A DNA stretch of 64,000 bases, taken from contig NW_019091356.1 of NCBI RefSeq assembly GCF_001949145.1, forward strand, positions 1,426,789 to 1,490,788. Reading direction: 5' to 3'. A model generated the notes under the pieces. The model made no database searches, was not told the origin of the DNA, and saw nothing but the letters and a program-made list of their open reading frames with translations. Positions within the stretch are counted from its first letter, which is position 1; every line of letters starts with the position of its first letter. The stretch is from Acanthaster planci. Its lineage: Eukaryota. The position numbers and the translations under genes were made by a program. Shown here piece by piece: positions 1 to 12,400 of this stretch.

Positions 1-245
1 TGTGTATTAATGGCTAATGTATTTCATCTTTTTTTTTCTTTTCTTTTTTGTGACATTACCTTTTTGAAACTAGCTTCTTTCAAATTATTTATTATATTTG
101 TTTTGAAAGCAAAAAATACTTTTTTGTTGCAGGAACCTGGCATTGTAGAAGCTTTTGCCTGTGCCAGCTATCTTCCATGCATCACTTTGTGCATTTATGC
201 TATTTATTTACCTCTTTACAATTGTTATAATGGACGGAAATAAAT
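1..245 (+). mobile_element. Possible 3' end of a LINE (T-rich 3'UTR, stem-loop, AATAAA)
   Basis: T-rich tract, then a CTGGCA-ttgtagaagcttttgcctg-TGCCAG stem-loop at about 137-167, then AATAAA at about 239-244. This layout is typical of CR1/L2-group 3' tails. No coding remnant seen. Confidence 0.35.
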
Positions 246-375
246 CAAGTACTTGGCCTTCGGTGTAGAATTAGTACTGTCATAGCTTTTGTTAAAGTGA
301 TTCTTTTGTACAGTTGGCTGTAAAAGTTTTTCGATTTGAGATTTGTCAGTTTTTCCTGTTGCATTTTCCCAACAG

Positions 376-421
376 AGATTTGCTGGTGAGGTTACAGCTG
401 GACGATCTTTCAGTAATCGAG
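376..421 (+). CDS. SEMA5: SEMA5 exon, 46 nt (phase 2 to 0): xDLLVRLQLDDLSVIE
   Basis: ttttcccaacag|AGATTT...ATCGAG|gtaagt; resembles SEMA5A RNYLFRLQLEDLSLIQ. Confidence 0.9.
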
Positions 422-3400
422 GTAAGTGGCTCAGCTTGGATTACTTTAGGGTCAGGGCAGGGGCCCTAACTCCATGGATACTGTTTCATTCATAATCTGC
501 TGGGGGGGGATCCAGACTATATCCTCCATTCTCCAGTGTAGCAGGTGCATGTCCAAGCTGTGGACAATTTGCTGTAAGACTTGCTGAAAGTTTGCCTGTC
601 TTGGTTTTCTTGTTGGCTTTTGGAGGATGTCCTGTGAATGGATCCCCAGAGGATGTGTAATAGAGCTATTTTAACGTGTGGCAATGTGTGTCTGTTTGTT
701 TGTGCGGATGGGCTGTCTAGGGAAAGGACCTTTGGCCGTGTATGGCCCATGTACGTGTACACATGTATGTGCCCTACCAGTGAGATTTTATATTGTTGGT
801 CTTACAGAAAAAACATAAAAGAAATTTTGTATGGTGACTGTTTCCAGTAAGTCAGTGTTAAAGTTTTTGCAATAGATAAGTGTGTCTTGTTTTGTGATTT
901 GTGTGTTGAGAACTAATCCTGATGTATGTGTCCAAGGTGACACAAAACTGACAACCAAGTTGACGTTGATTTGATGTCCTTTGCTGATGCACCAGTCTGA
1001 AAAATATCCCATATCCTGTTTCCTGTTAGTTGGTACTATAATTACTTTGTATGAGGGGAGAGTTTCTTTTAAGAGATTGGTCTGAAAATTCCAGTTTCAT
1101 TGAATACGTGTGGGTGTCAGGTTAAATGACAGCTGGAGTATTAAACGAGTAGGTTTCCACCCAGTGGGTTTAAAAAAAGAGAAATGACGGCATCTTTCTT
1201 TTCCTCTCTGGAGCTCAAAGATGTTTTCAACACGACAGACATCTGTCTGTCATCTCCCCTCCCAAGCTTGCTTCCGCTGGCCATTTGGCCTGGCTGTTTG
1301 ACTGGCAAATGTCAGCCTGATCTTGAACTAGAGATGGGCCCGACCTTCCATCCAGAGAGTGGCATGGGCCTAGCTCTCTGTCGCTCTTGCCGCTCGTCGT
1401 CGGGCCAGATGTGAAATGCCGCCTGCCTCCTGGCCTGTTCCTAAGTTTGGAGTTGGATGAAACAGACTATCCTTGATAATTCGCTTGGCACCATGTGAAG
1501 AGTCGAAGCGGCCCTGAGGTGTGCTGACCGTAAGTGATATCACTGCCAACGCCAAGGAGCCCCTGATCTTAGCATTGCCGTGTCTGCTGCCGTTACCATC
1601 ACGGAGCGGATACCAGCACAGTGCAACAGATTCCAGTGGAGGACAGGGCAGAGTGGAGATTAACTCAGGATGGGTACAAGGTTATGGCATTCTTACCCAG
1701 GGTCAGGTTTTTTCCTTGAATTCAGAAATCCAGGTTAAACAGTTTGTGCATGGTTAATTTTAGGTGTTCAAGGTGTAGGTCTTTTTATTGTGGTATTTAT
1801 TCCATCTGACATTTAAGAGGGATTTTATATCCCATTCCAAGTGATGGCAAACATCTGTGAGGTTGGGTTTTGATGCAGTTGTGGACTGTGTACAGAATAT
1901 GAAATCCACAGTGTATTTATAAGCGGCAAAGAGAAAACCATAAACTGGAAAAGGTAACGAGACAGCACGATGCACACCTACTGGGGTACTTGTCAGGCAT
2001 CACAGACATTGAAATGGAAATGCGTGGAGATGCGCAGACCATAGACCTAGCCGTAGCTCCGGAAGCCCGTTTCGGACATGGCCCAAGCTAGAAAAATGAT
2101 GTATGGCTGAGGTGAATACAGGTTACCATCCAAACTGCTGCGCATGCCTTTCGAGGCGCATGACTGGTACTCGGCTCTGTCCTGCTCAGCACAGCATCAA
2201 GCCACTCCTTGTGTTTGGGTGACGCGTTTATAGGCGACAAGAAGAAAGACGGACAGACAGACCAACAGACAGTCTGTTAGTCATCCCTGGTGTGACATAA
2301 GGCATCTGCGGATTGTACTGTTGCTGTACATGTGTGCAACCACCTACAATGTATACATGTACCAACCAGAGCGAAATGGACATGAAGGATAAAAATGGAA
2401 CACCTCAAGGAGAGAGGTCTTAAATAAGCAGGAACTACTAAGTCTGTGGACAAATGGAGATTGGCAACAAGACTGGGACAGTTGAAATGTTGTAAGATCC
2501 TCGGAAATGAGATGATCCCATCTGAGATGCGGAGACAGTAAGCAGCAGTTTATCAGGGAGGCCTGCAGAGAGAAAAATAAAAGTGGAAGAATCCTAAGGA
2601 TAGAGAGAAGGAAAACAGAGAGAGCCCTGGGAGTTGAGCTCGCCACCTGTCAGGCTGTGATGGGCCTGATGGACCCTGACATTTCTGGGCCCTGAGAGTG
2701 TGACATTTGCAGAGATTAGTCAGGTAGACCTGAGCGAGTACACCTGTCCATTGCCAGTTTCCCCCATTGCTTTCATTTGGCCCTTCTCTGAATGTCACTC
2801 TGTGCCGCCTGGGTAACGGAGTCGAAGACAGTAAATGGAGTGAGGAGTCATCAATGGCCATGGGAATCGTGCCATCCACCGCAGACTAAATTTGTTGATT
2901 TTTTGGGAGGGCTGGTTAGTGGGGGCGGACATCTTGCTGTTGATAGTAGGAGAGTGGGTGGCGGTGGGAAGATGACCTGCCAGCAATGTGCTGGCGCGAT
3001 CCCACGAGGAGTTGAAACTAAAGTGATGCATATCAGCCCTACATGATGAGAACATTACTATCTTGAAGAGGCGCGCTCATCGGACATGGATGCTGCGGGA
3101 AGCATTGGACATTGCAAGTATTTGCCAACATGGATTTTTCAGTGCGGGGGGTGTGACAGACACGGTATTTCTGAAGTGAAATCTGAAGTTAACCTTGCAT
3201 CTTGTCAGGCCTGTCATTGGAACTCTAGATCAGCACTTCTTGCACTCCTGTCCTGGAGAGTTTTAACGGAAGTATGATATCACAACGGGGATGAGGCGAT
3301 TGGGCAATGGGTGGAGTTCAGTGCCATTTCCCTGGACTTACAGCCTGAATTGCTGCGAGGATCTGCTCTGATATACCTTAAACCGTAAACTTCTCACAGC

Positions 3401-6400
3401 CATCCTGCAGTGCAAGGGCGAGATCCCTCCACAGATTTCTACCAGACGTTATCACCAGCATCATTTGTCCAAACTCCATTTCCAGTCCAGAAGCTTACAA
3501 CCTCTCAAGATGTCCGTGCATCACTGATGCCCTGTCGAGCGTTAAGGCCTCAGTGCTGCAAAGTTGACCGATCCGTTAATCTTTTCCCATTGAAGGTGTG
3601 AAACATTCTCCTCTTGAGCTGCCACCAGCTGTTTGATTTGCTCAAATGTCTTTCCAAAAGTTGAGTTTGAAATATTCTACAAATTGAGGTTGTTTTCTCG
3701 TGTGGAGGCCAGTGCTGTGACATTGAGAACATTTTATCCCTGGGAAGAAAAAGTCTGCTGGCTTGCCCAGAAGCAGCTGGAGATTAAAAGTTCAAAGGGA
3801 TTGCAACATGGGCTGGGTTATCTAAATCAGTTGAAGAAATCCAATAAACACTGTTTATGAGGGCGGAAATGGGACACTTTGCTGGAAACATCTGGGTTTA
3901 ATGCAACAACCTGAATCTGTAATTGTTTGTTTTGTGGGGAACATAAAAATGAAAACTTGTTCAGTACTATTTGGGGGGGGAGCCCAGCAAGCGATGCAGC
4001 TGTCGCACAGGGGGAAGTTCAATCAGGTTTGGAACCTTGAGTGCAAGAGAGGTGCCAAGAGGGGGAATTCCAAGGGCTTTGGAAATGAGAGAGTGCGCCG
4101 ATTCATTAGGCAGGTTTAACAGGAAAAAACAATTTCTTTGTTCCTCTCTGTTCCTTCCTCTCTCTCTCCTCCGAATGTTACGGAATTGTTTCTTTCTGTC
4201 GCTTCACCGAAAGGTTGTGGAAGCTGAGAAAGGTTAGAACCTTCAGGAGGTCGGAATGATTAAGAGAGAAATGACCAGGGTCAGACTGTAAAATTTACGG
4301 ACGCATGCTTATGCAGATGAGTGTGAATCGCGTACAGTGTACTTTGTTGTAATTGAAGCCATGTTGGCCAGTGTGACGTTTGCAGTTATCATTGTATATT
4401 GTACCGGTAGGTTTTAATGGTTTCCCTCTGTGTATCTGGAGATGTATCGGTGTCGAGTGGCAAGTTTTGCGAGATACCAGCAGTAGAAATTGTGTCGGCC
4501 TAAACTACTGGCCGTCAGCCACCGTACTGCAGTGCACATTGGCCACGCACTGCTGTCTTGCTCCGGGCACGGCCATCAGCCGGAGTTGATTTCCTCCACT
4601 GAGGCAGTGATAGTGCAGATGTGTAACCACATTGGTATTTCTCTGCGGAATTCTACAAACATCTGCAAAAGCAAACTGCTACATTTTTTTTTTTAAAGGG
4701 ACCGATGGCTGGTTGAAGTCTTGACCGCAAACGGCGCTGTGCATACCACTCTCACGGGTTGCTAGAGACTGGTAAATTTACATCAATGTTAATGAGAAAG
4801 GCAGTAGACAGAGTCATCGCATAACATTTTGGGACATCAAGGGGAAGGGTGTGCTTCAGTTTCCGAGATGGGCCTCATGTACATGTAAGGAGGGGCAAGG
4901 GTAGCTCTCTGGAGCCTTCTGGTGAACAGGAGGGGATATCTGGAGGAAGGAGGAATGTCAGGCTATGCTAACATGAACCCTGGTAACAAGGGAACTAATC
5001 AACACGAGATCCACGCAATACCTTTCTTACAGTGAGGTTGTGTTGGAAAGAATCCTGGCTTGAATGCCCCTCTGGATGACATGTATGGTTCTGTTTTCAA
5101 TGCGGAGCTGCTTTTGCAGGTTCCCAGCGTAAAAAGTATGGCGGCGTTTTCCTCCCATTGCAGAAAAGTGGAACGTTGTCTTGATTATCTTTCTGCAGAT
5201 TTTTTCTCTCTGCCCTATGTGCTTTTTAAGGCATTTGTTGTTTCGTTATATAAAAAAATGAAGTGGGTCAAAATATGAACTGAGCCTTGAGCCTTTTTAA
5301 TCCGTTAATATTCAAACTGTGAAATGCTCGGAGTAATTTGCACGCAACTGTTTGTCCCAAGCACAAGGAGCTGCCTTCTAAGCTAGACGGCAACAGCATT
5401 CCCTCAACTGCAAACGTGTATGGAGAACCGATAATTTTCTGCACCAATATATTGACTTGCTGATTATTGAGACTTTGTAATGCATAGTTTTGGACCAACG
5501 TAAACCCCTCTCCCCTATAATTTGGGCATGTTTTACTCCACCATATGTTTGCCCGGAACCTCCGCCTCCTAAAAGCTGTAGCCATTATTTCAGCACCTGT
5601 TCCTCTGGCTTGGTATTCTCCTCAGTTTTTTTTTTTCTCTCTCTCGCTCTCTTTTTCCATGCTGTAATGTTCTTTCCATCTGGATGGCTTGGCTAAAGAG
5701 TATATGCGATGATCATTGCTGCAGGTAGGGGGCACCGCTGTCCTCTAAAGGTTGAGACAAATTTGTACAAGGGGATCGTGTTGGCGGTCTTTGGAATTGA
5801 CAGTTTTTCTTTCCGTCTGTGGCATCAGATGAGCATCCCAGATCTAGGGATGAAATGTGTGATTTGTGGCTCCGTTATGGCATAGCTCCTCTTCAAATTG
5901 TTATGCTGAACCTTGTACACGTGCATACTTGTGCATCTTGTGCCGACAGTCACATAGCTTGTGTGGTCATATCTGTTCTGCCCTATCTCGCTAATCACTA
6001 TTTTACTGTGGATTTTGTTTTGTCAGTTTAACTGAGATACATAAAAATTCTCATCAAGGCAAAGAACCATTTCCTATTTGTCTCAGACAAAAGAAAAAAA
6101 CAAAAGATTTAAATCCTTTGCTAACTTTAAGGAAGAATGCTGCCTGCCGAACAGTTCTTAGTTTTCTGATAACTTCCAGTATCTCACAATCTCTGTTGGG
6201 GTGATTATCAAACTTGAGCACTGGATACCAACACAGAGCGTACATGTTTTTGAGATGAGATTTCCAAGATGGCTTCTCTTAAAACTGAATGGCCTGTTTC
6301 TTGGCTGGCAGAAGTGTTCTTTGTAAAAGGTTGATGGCTTTCCGGTCTACTCATTTGAGGTCAGCGTTCCCCTTGAGGGGCCTTTGAAATTGATCCTGTC

Positions 6401-9400
6401 TGACTCCACCTAAAGCCCTGGACTGTGATTTTCGACCAAGTTCAAGAGCAGTTTTATCTGTTATCACCCTGCATTACTTTTGATTTCTGAGCAAAGTTGT
6501 GGTCACTCTGTCCCATAATAGTGCAGTAGTTTAGCTATATAGTTTCTGTTCCCCAGGGGGTGTAGATTACATGATCCGCTGTTTCTGTCCAAAGATTGGT
6601 TTCACTTTTTGGCTTGGTCATTGCGGGTCTAAAAGAGTCCATGTAGCAAGATAGTGTAGTGTCTTTGGTCTTGTAACCAAAGCCCCATGAGATTTCCCAG
6701 ACACCCCCCTCTATCGCGCACACGCTGGTCGATCAAGTTCAGAAGTTCAACGCTGCATTTTGTGCGCAGGTTCATCCTGGTGTAAGGCAGACCAGCGAGG
6801 GCACAATAATAGGCCAATAGAGTTGTCAGGTTAGATTAACTAAAGTGATTGTTACAAAAAACTGGTGCCTTTTTTTTGGAACAACAGCTACGCGTCTGGC
6901 CCATTGATCGGACTATCTGTCTGCTGGGACAGTTTCAGAACAGGTTTTCTCCGGGGAGAACAAGGCATTGAAACTAGGGGAACAAGATACACGTACACTA
7001 GAGGGTAAAGGATTGGCAGCCACGTCCCAAGGAAACAGAGAATTGGTGGGAAGGTGTTGAAGTTCCTAAGCATATTTTCCGGCAAGATTTCTGTGTGATG
7101 ATCAATAGGCTTCCCTTGTATACTTCCTTTGCCCCTCTATCCACAAAGTGCACCCTAGTGTCCTCTAATAATCTACGTTTCCTCCAACTCACTTCACACG
7201 CGTCACAATATCTCAAGAGTCGGTCTGAACAGAAATTGGACCGACAGACTGATTTTGTCTATGCATCTTTGTTTTCAGGTTTACAAATGATAAATATAAG
7301 GCATTCGACAATCTATTTGTAGGTGTGGAATTTTTCCAACCGAAAGATTTATTTGAAGAGGCCACTGACATGGTGCTGTGTGTGGTTGAATTGCCTTCAT
7401 ATTTGGAGGCTCCAAAAGTACAGTTGTCAAAATGTGGAAATTGGGCAAGTTGTTGGGGGAAGGGACGGGTCCCTCAGATTTAAGCTGGTTGATGAATCAC
7501 AGGGCATCACATTAGCAGGGGAGCATACATTTTCAGACATCAGGATTACAGGGCCTGCCAGGCGGGCACAGAGTGATATGGGAAGTTGTGAACCCCCCCA
7601 ATTCTTAAGGGGGGAAAATCTAGCAGTGGCCTGGGAGTATTGAAAGATGAGTTGTTAAAAAGTGTTTATGCAAGGACAGATCTAGGATTTCCAAAAGGGA
7701 GGTGCACCTTTGGGTCAATTGCGAGTGTGCAGCGTGAAGTGCTCAGTCACAAATTAAATGCAACAGAGCCAGTTAAAATTAATTATTATGCAGGTGTTTA
7801 GGGGGACACCTGCCCAATGCGTACCCTCTCTAAATCCGTCTCTGTTATGTCAAATACATAGACATATGACAAAATGCTTTAGTTTTCTTTCAAGGAATAA
7901 TTTTATTCAAGATTGAAATGTTCCTGGGTGCTGTGCTCTTATTGGTATGTGTATTATTATTGTTCCTTTCCTTTGAGTTCATCTTATTCATTAAGACAGC
8001 TATTCCTCACATTTCCAACCAAAGTATCTCTCTTTTTGCAAGTGTTTCGAAAGGGCTTAAACCAGGAATGTTTTCATGCAACCAGAATGTGAAGAAATGT
8101 AAGAAAATGCATTTTTTTTATAAATTGATTTTCTTATGAAAGTTCCAATTTACTGTTCAAAGAAAACTGCACCACGGTTTTATACCAGTGAATTCGCGTG
8201 TGACTCGTTACATAAATGTGCGATACTGTTTCAAAATGTTCACTACTGTCCCTTATTCTTTTGACTTCAGTCCACAGAGTGGAGACCACGGGAGCAGGAC
8301 ATAGACAAATGTCAGAGAAAAGGAGAATCCTTGGTAAGTTACGAGGAGGTTTTTAAGATTCTTAGAGGTTTGTGTCGTTTTTATTGTTTAGGAGTTGTCC
8401 TAAATCTGCCAGAAACATTCGTCTACGACATCTCACCTGGAAAGTTTTAAAAACAAGACCTTTACTTCTGTTGAAGTAATGGCAAATACAGTCATGTGCA
8501 AAAGTTTAAGACCACTTGGAATTTGTTGGGATATTTCTGTCACTGGGCTTGCATTACTTTGTTTCATTGAATGATTACATAAGATTTTTTTACAGTGGTT
8601 ATAACATGAGAGTTGTGCTATGAGCCCCATTTGCATGAATTTTGTTGCCAAGGCAGGTCTTGTACGTGTGTGGCATTTGTCTGTAAGGCGGCAAGGGGGA
8701 AAAAGTCAGTCTTAACTAAGTAATCAGAAATAAAGGAGGGCACACTGAATATTAGACTGTTAACATTTCAAATCAGAGAAATGTAGTTAAACAGTTGTTC
8801 AACCAAGATACTAAGGGTACACATTGAAAGTAAACATAAATTGCCATGATCGATTGGTTTGAGTTGGGTTTTTCTTCAGGTTTGAGTGGTCCTAAGCTTT
8901 TGTAAATGTACTTTTGCAACTGTACTGCGAGCCATAAGGGCAAAGAAACAAACTCTTGACAGCTGGAGAGTTCAACCAGTATGTCTTCTTTTCCAACAAT
9001 TTGTCACACCGAGCCAATCTTGCCTTTTCTGTGGGTATTCTGTTTGCTTTTCTTTTCTTCTGAGCGCTCCCTTCATGTTAAATTGTCCCTTTTCTGGAGA
9101 AAGAGAGAAAAAAAGGAAAAGTACATGTACGTGTTGCTACTCCAGACCGTGTCTAGCCCTGATAAGATCTGAGCATTTTTCCAACAGCCTACAAAGAAAG
9201 GAGAGGAGAGGGGAGTCAGAAATGACCAATTTCCACCTTGCCGTTGTTGCCAGCAGGGAGAGTTCCTCCCCAAGACCAGATTCCCCCCCCCCCCACTGAA
9301 GAGCCTAGATTAGACGGTTGTGAGGGGAAAAAATACCCTGAAAAGTTTATTGCAGAGTTTTGAAACTTTCCAGTTGCCATCTGATGAACTACAGGAAATC

Positions 9401-12400
9401 CTGCTCTTGATGAGTGTCGGACAACTTTTTTTTTTTTTTTTTTGATGTGCTTTAATAGTGCTATAACACTGGCTTGTTGACTCCAGCAACATTTATGCAA
9501 GTTGTCTTTGACGCCCGGGGACAAACAACATAATCTTGCACAGTCTGCTCAAAGAAATTAGAAACACATAGGTGCTTTAAGTGAAACAGGAAAAACATTA
9601 TGCGGTTTTGGGCTCGATTTAACAAACCACATCAACTGTTTGTCAGAACCTTTTACACGAATGTCTACTTAAACTTAAAATGCCGCTGCTGTAGAATCTG
9701 GGAAGAGTTTACTCAAGGTTAAAAAGATACACTTATCTTCGTAATTGAGAAATACACCTTTGACATGATATTTCCTGACGTGCACTTGCCAAACAAGAAG
9801 AAAAATTGTCCAGATTATTCTGCAGAACCTGTCAGCACCACAGCCTGGCATTTCCTACAGATGAGAAGTCCCCGATGATTGAAACAAACAGACACAACTG
9901 CCCTTCTGGCTCTTCGGAAAGTACCAGTCACCCTCGTCTCCCCCTCCCCCACCCCACAAAGAAAGGAAAGACAGGGGACGAACAAAAAGAGAATCGCATA
10001 ATCAGATCCAAGATGGTTGAGGTGTTAAAAAAGTGGAACTGGCCCTGCATAGCACAATACACAGGGGAGACAGCTGTACTGTGGGGCAGACAGTCACCTT
10101 GTACTTTTTAGGGGTAGTTCACAGGATTGGAGACTCTCTGCTCAGCAACGCACTCCCGATCCCCTGCCCAGGCCTACAAGCATGTAGTGCAAGAACACCC
10201 TTGGTCTGAATGCTCCGGTGAATAAACACATGTGCATTCATGTTGGCATGTGTGAAGCCTTTCAGTTTGGGTTCAGTTGACTACCAAGATGCTACTTATG
10301 CCACAGTTTATTTCATAAGTTTTGCGACAAATTCTGATGCATTTCATGAAAAATGAAGCAGAGCCATGGTCTGCAACTTGCGTAACAAATTATGACGTAA
10401 TTGACGTGATCATTTTATGTAGCATGAGCTGTGCCAAACAAACTATTTAACGAACTAATCATTTTAAGATTCCGTATTGCTCAACTTCAATAACAAAGGT
10501 TTATATGAGAAATTTACAACTCCTGTTTGGCTGTGAGAGATATCGGAGATGTTTTGTCAGGGTCTGGCAAAACAAAGATGAAAACATTTTCAAAATGTCA
10601 GGTGAGGGTGCATTGCACAGTTGCGGCACAAGGTCTGTGCCGCAAGGCTTACGCAAGGCATAAAGGTAACGCAACGTGTTTTGAAATCAGCTGTGTACGT
10701 CTGGCAACTTGCGGAATTCCATCTTTTTCATATTTTTTTGGGAAAAACTCTAGCCTTCAGCAAAAAAAACCCTCCTAATGCCTCCCTGAGGGCGGATCCA
10801 GAATCAAACTTGATGGAGGGCAAAATTATTTTTGGGGGGGTTGGCCAGAAATTTCAGAAATTGTTTTATGTAACCTCGTAAGGCATTCCTTGTGTTGAGA
10901 CTGTTGGTTTTTTTTTACACACTTTTAAAGGAAGAAAAAAGGAAATAGACCAGTAAATCGCCATCCTTATTATTTGTCAAAACAAATTGCTTTTTTGGAA
11001 GGGGCTGGTCCCTTTCCCCCCCCCTCCCCGATGATTTGCTAATGCACCCCTGTCCACTTACCAATTTTGTTTTTTCTTTTTTTTTTTCAAAAGATTTGCA
11101 ACAGCAGTCCAGATGTTAGCTGATAAGTTAAACCTTTGCCCGGTTCCACCTGTGGAAAACTATCTCAGTCCTGACACTTTGTTACGCCATTACAGTCTAT
11201 TCACCTGGGCACACGCAATGCTGTGGTTTCCTGAAGGAGACTTCAACAGTGTCTTCATTTCGTTTCTGAAAATTGAAGAAACATTCTTAAATGGCAGTTT
11301 CCTGTGTTGGTCTTATTTTCTTCTCTTAATATCCAGATTTGGTAGCACTTTTACTTCTCTCTCAAGAGGTCATCTGCCAACTTTGGGGGAAAAAATCAAG
11401 GCTGATTACTGATAGGGATACAGTTTTAATGTAGTTCAGTTTAAAAAAAGAGATGAGTGTATAGGCCACCTGTTTGTGCACATTTTGATGAAATCGTTCC
11501 TGATTATTAACCCACACCTTGTGCGTGCACACCATTGTGTCAATGCAGGCTGCTCTGTTCCTACCCAGAGTCAGTATTCACCCAAGATGCTTCAGTAATC
11601 ACTGCCCTCCGTCAGTAGGTCATAGTAGCATTCTTCTAGCCTTAGCTCCAGTAGAAATACCGGACTAAAAGATCACAGAGAAGAGCGTACTTTATTTACG
11701 TCAACTGTAAAGTTTCCAGCGATTGGCTATTAGTTGAAGCATTCACAAGGGAGTAATAAACCTTTTGTGTGTTAAATTTGAATAAAATCGGATACACTGA
11801 GTTATCTGATTGCACATAAGCATACCAATTTGAATTCCTCAGACTAAAGATACTATTGCTGTACCTTGTGAATTGAGGCAAGCTTTTTGCGTAGCATTTC
11901 TGGAATAGACTGGTTCCTTTGTGCCCTTCTTATCCATGGAAAATGGTGTACTGGCGCAAGCTGTCTCTGAGATAACTAAGCAAAAGCTTGGCCCAAATCA
12001 CAAGGTATTGCAACAGTGTCTTTAGTGTGGAGAGTTCAAATTGTTATCCTCAGGTGAATTTAAAGAACTCAGTGCACCAGATTTTATTCAAATTTAACTG
12101 GCATAAGGCTTATTGCACTCTGCTTCCTAGAAAACTTGCTCCTGGTAAGACCTGGTTACAGCTGTTGAGTGAAGCTTACCTACTGTTGCCATGACGCATT
12201 GTCCAGATGCATGCGTTTAAACTGGCTGTCACAAGGGTAATTATTCTCTTGTTTTTAGCATCCCTTCATTGGCAAGGATTACTAATTGCCTGTGTGGTTG
12301 ACACATGACTTGAGCCAACAAATTAATAGCTTCTTTCTTCTCTCGAGCTAAAGTCCAGCCCGAATAATGATGAGAAGTCAGGAGTCTTCCTGACAGGAAG

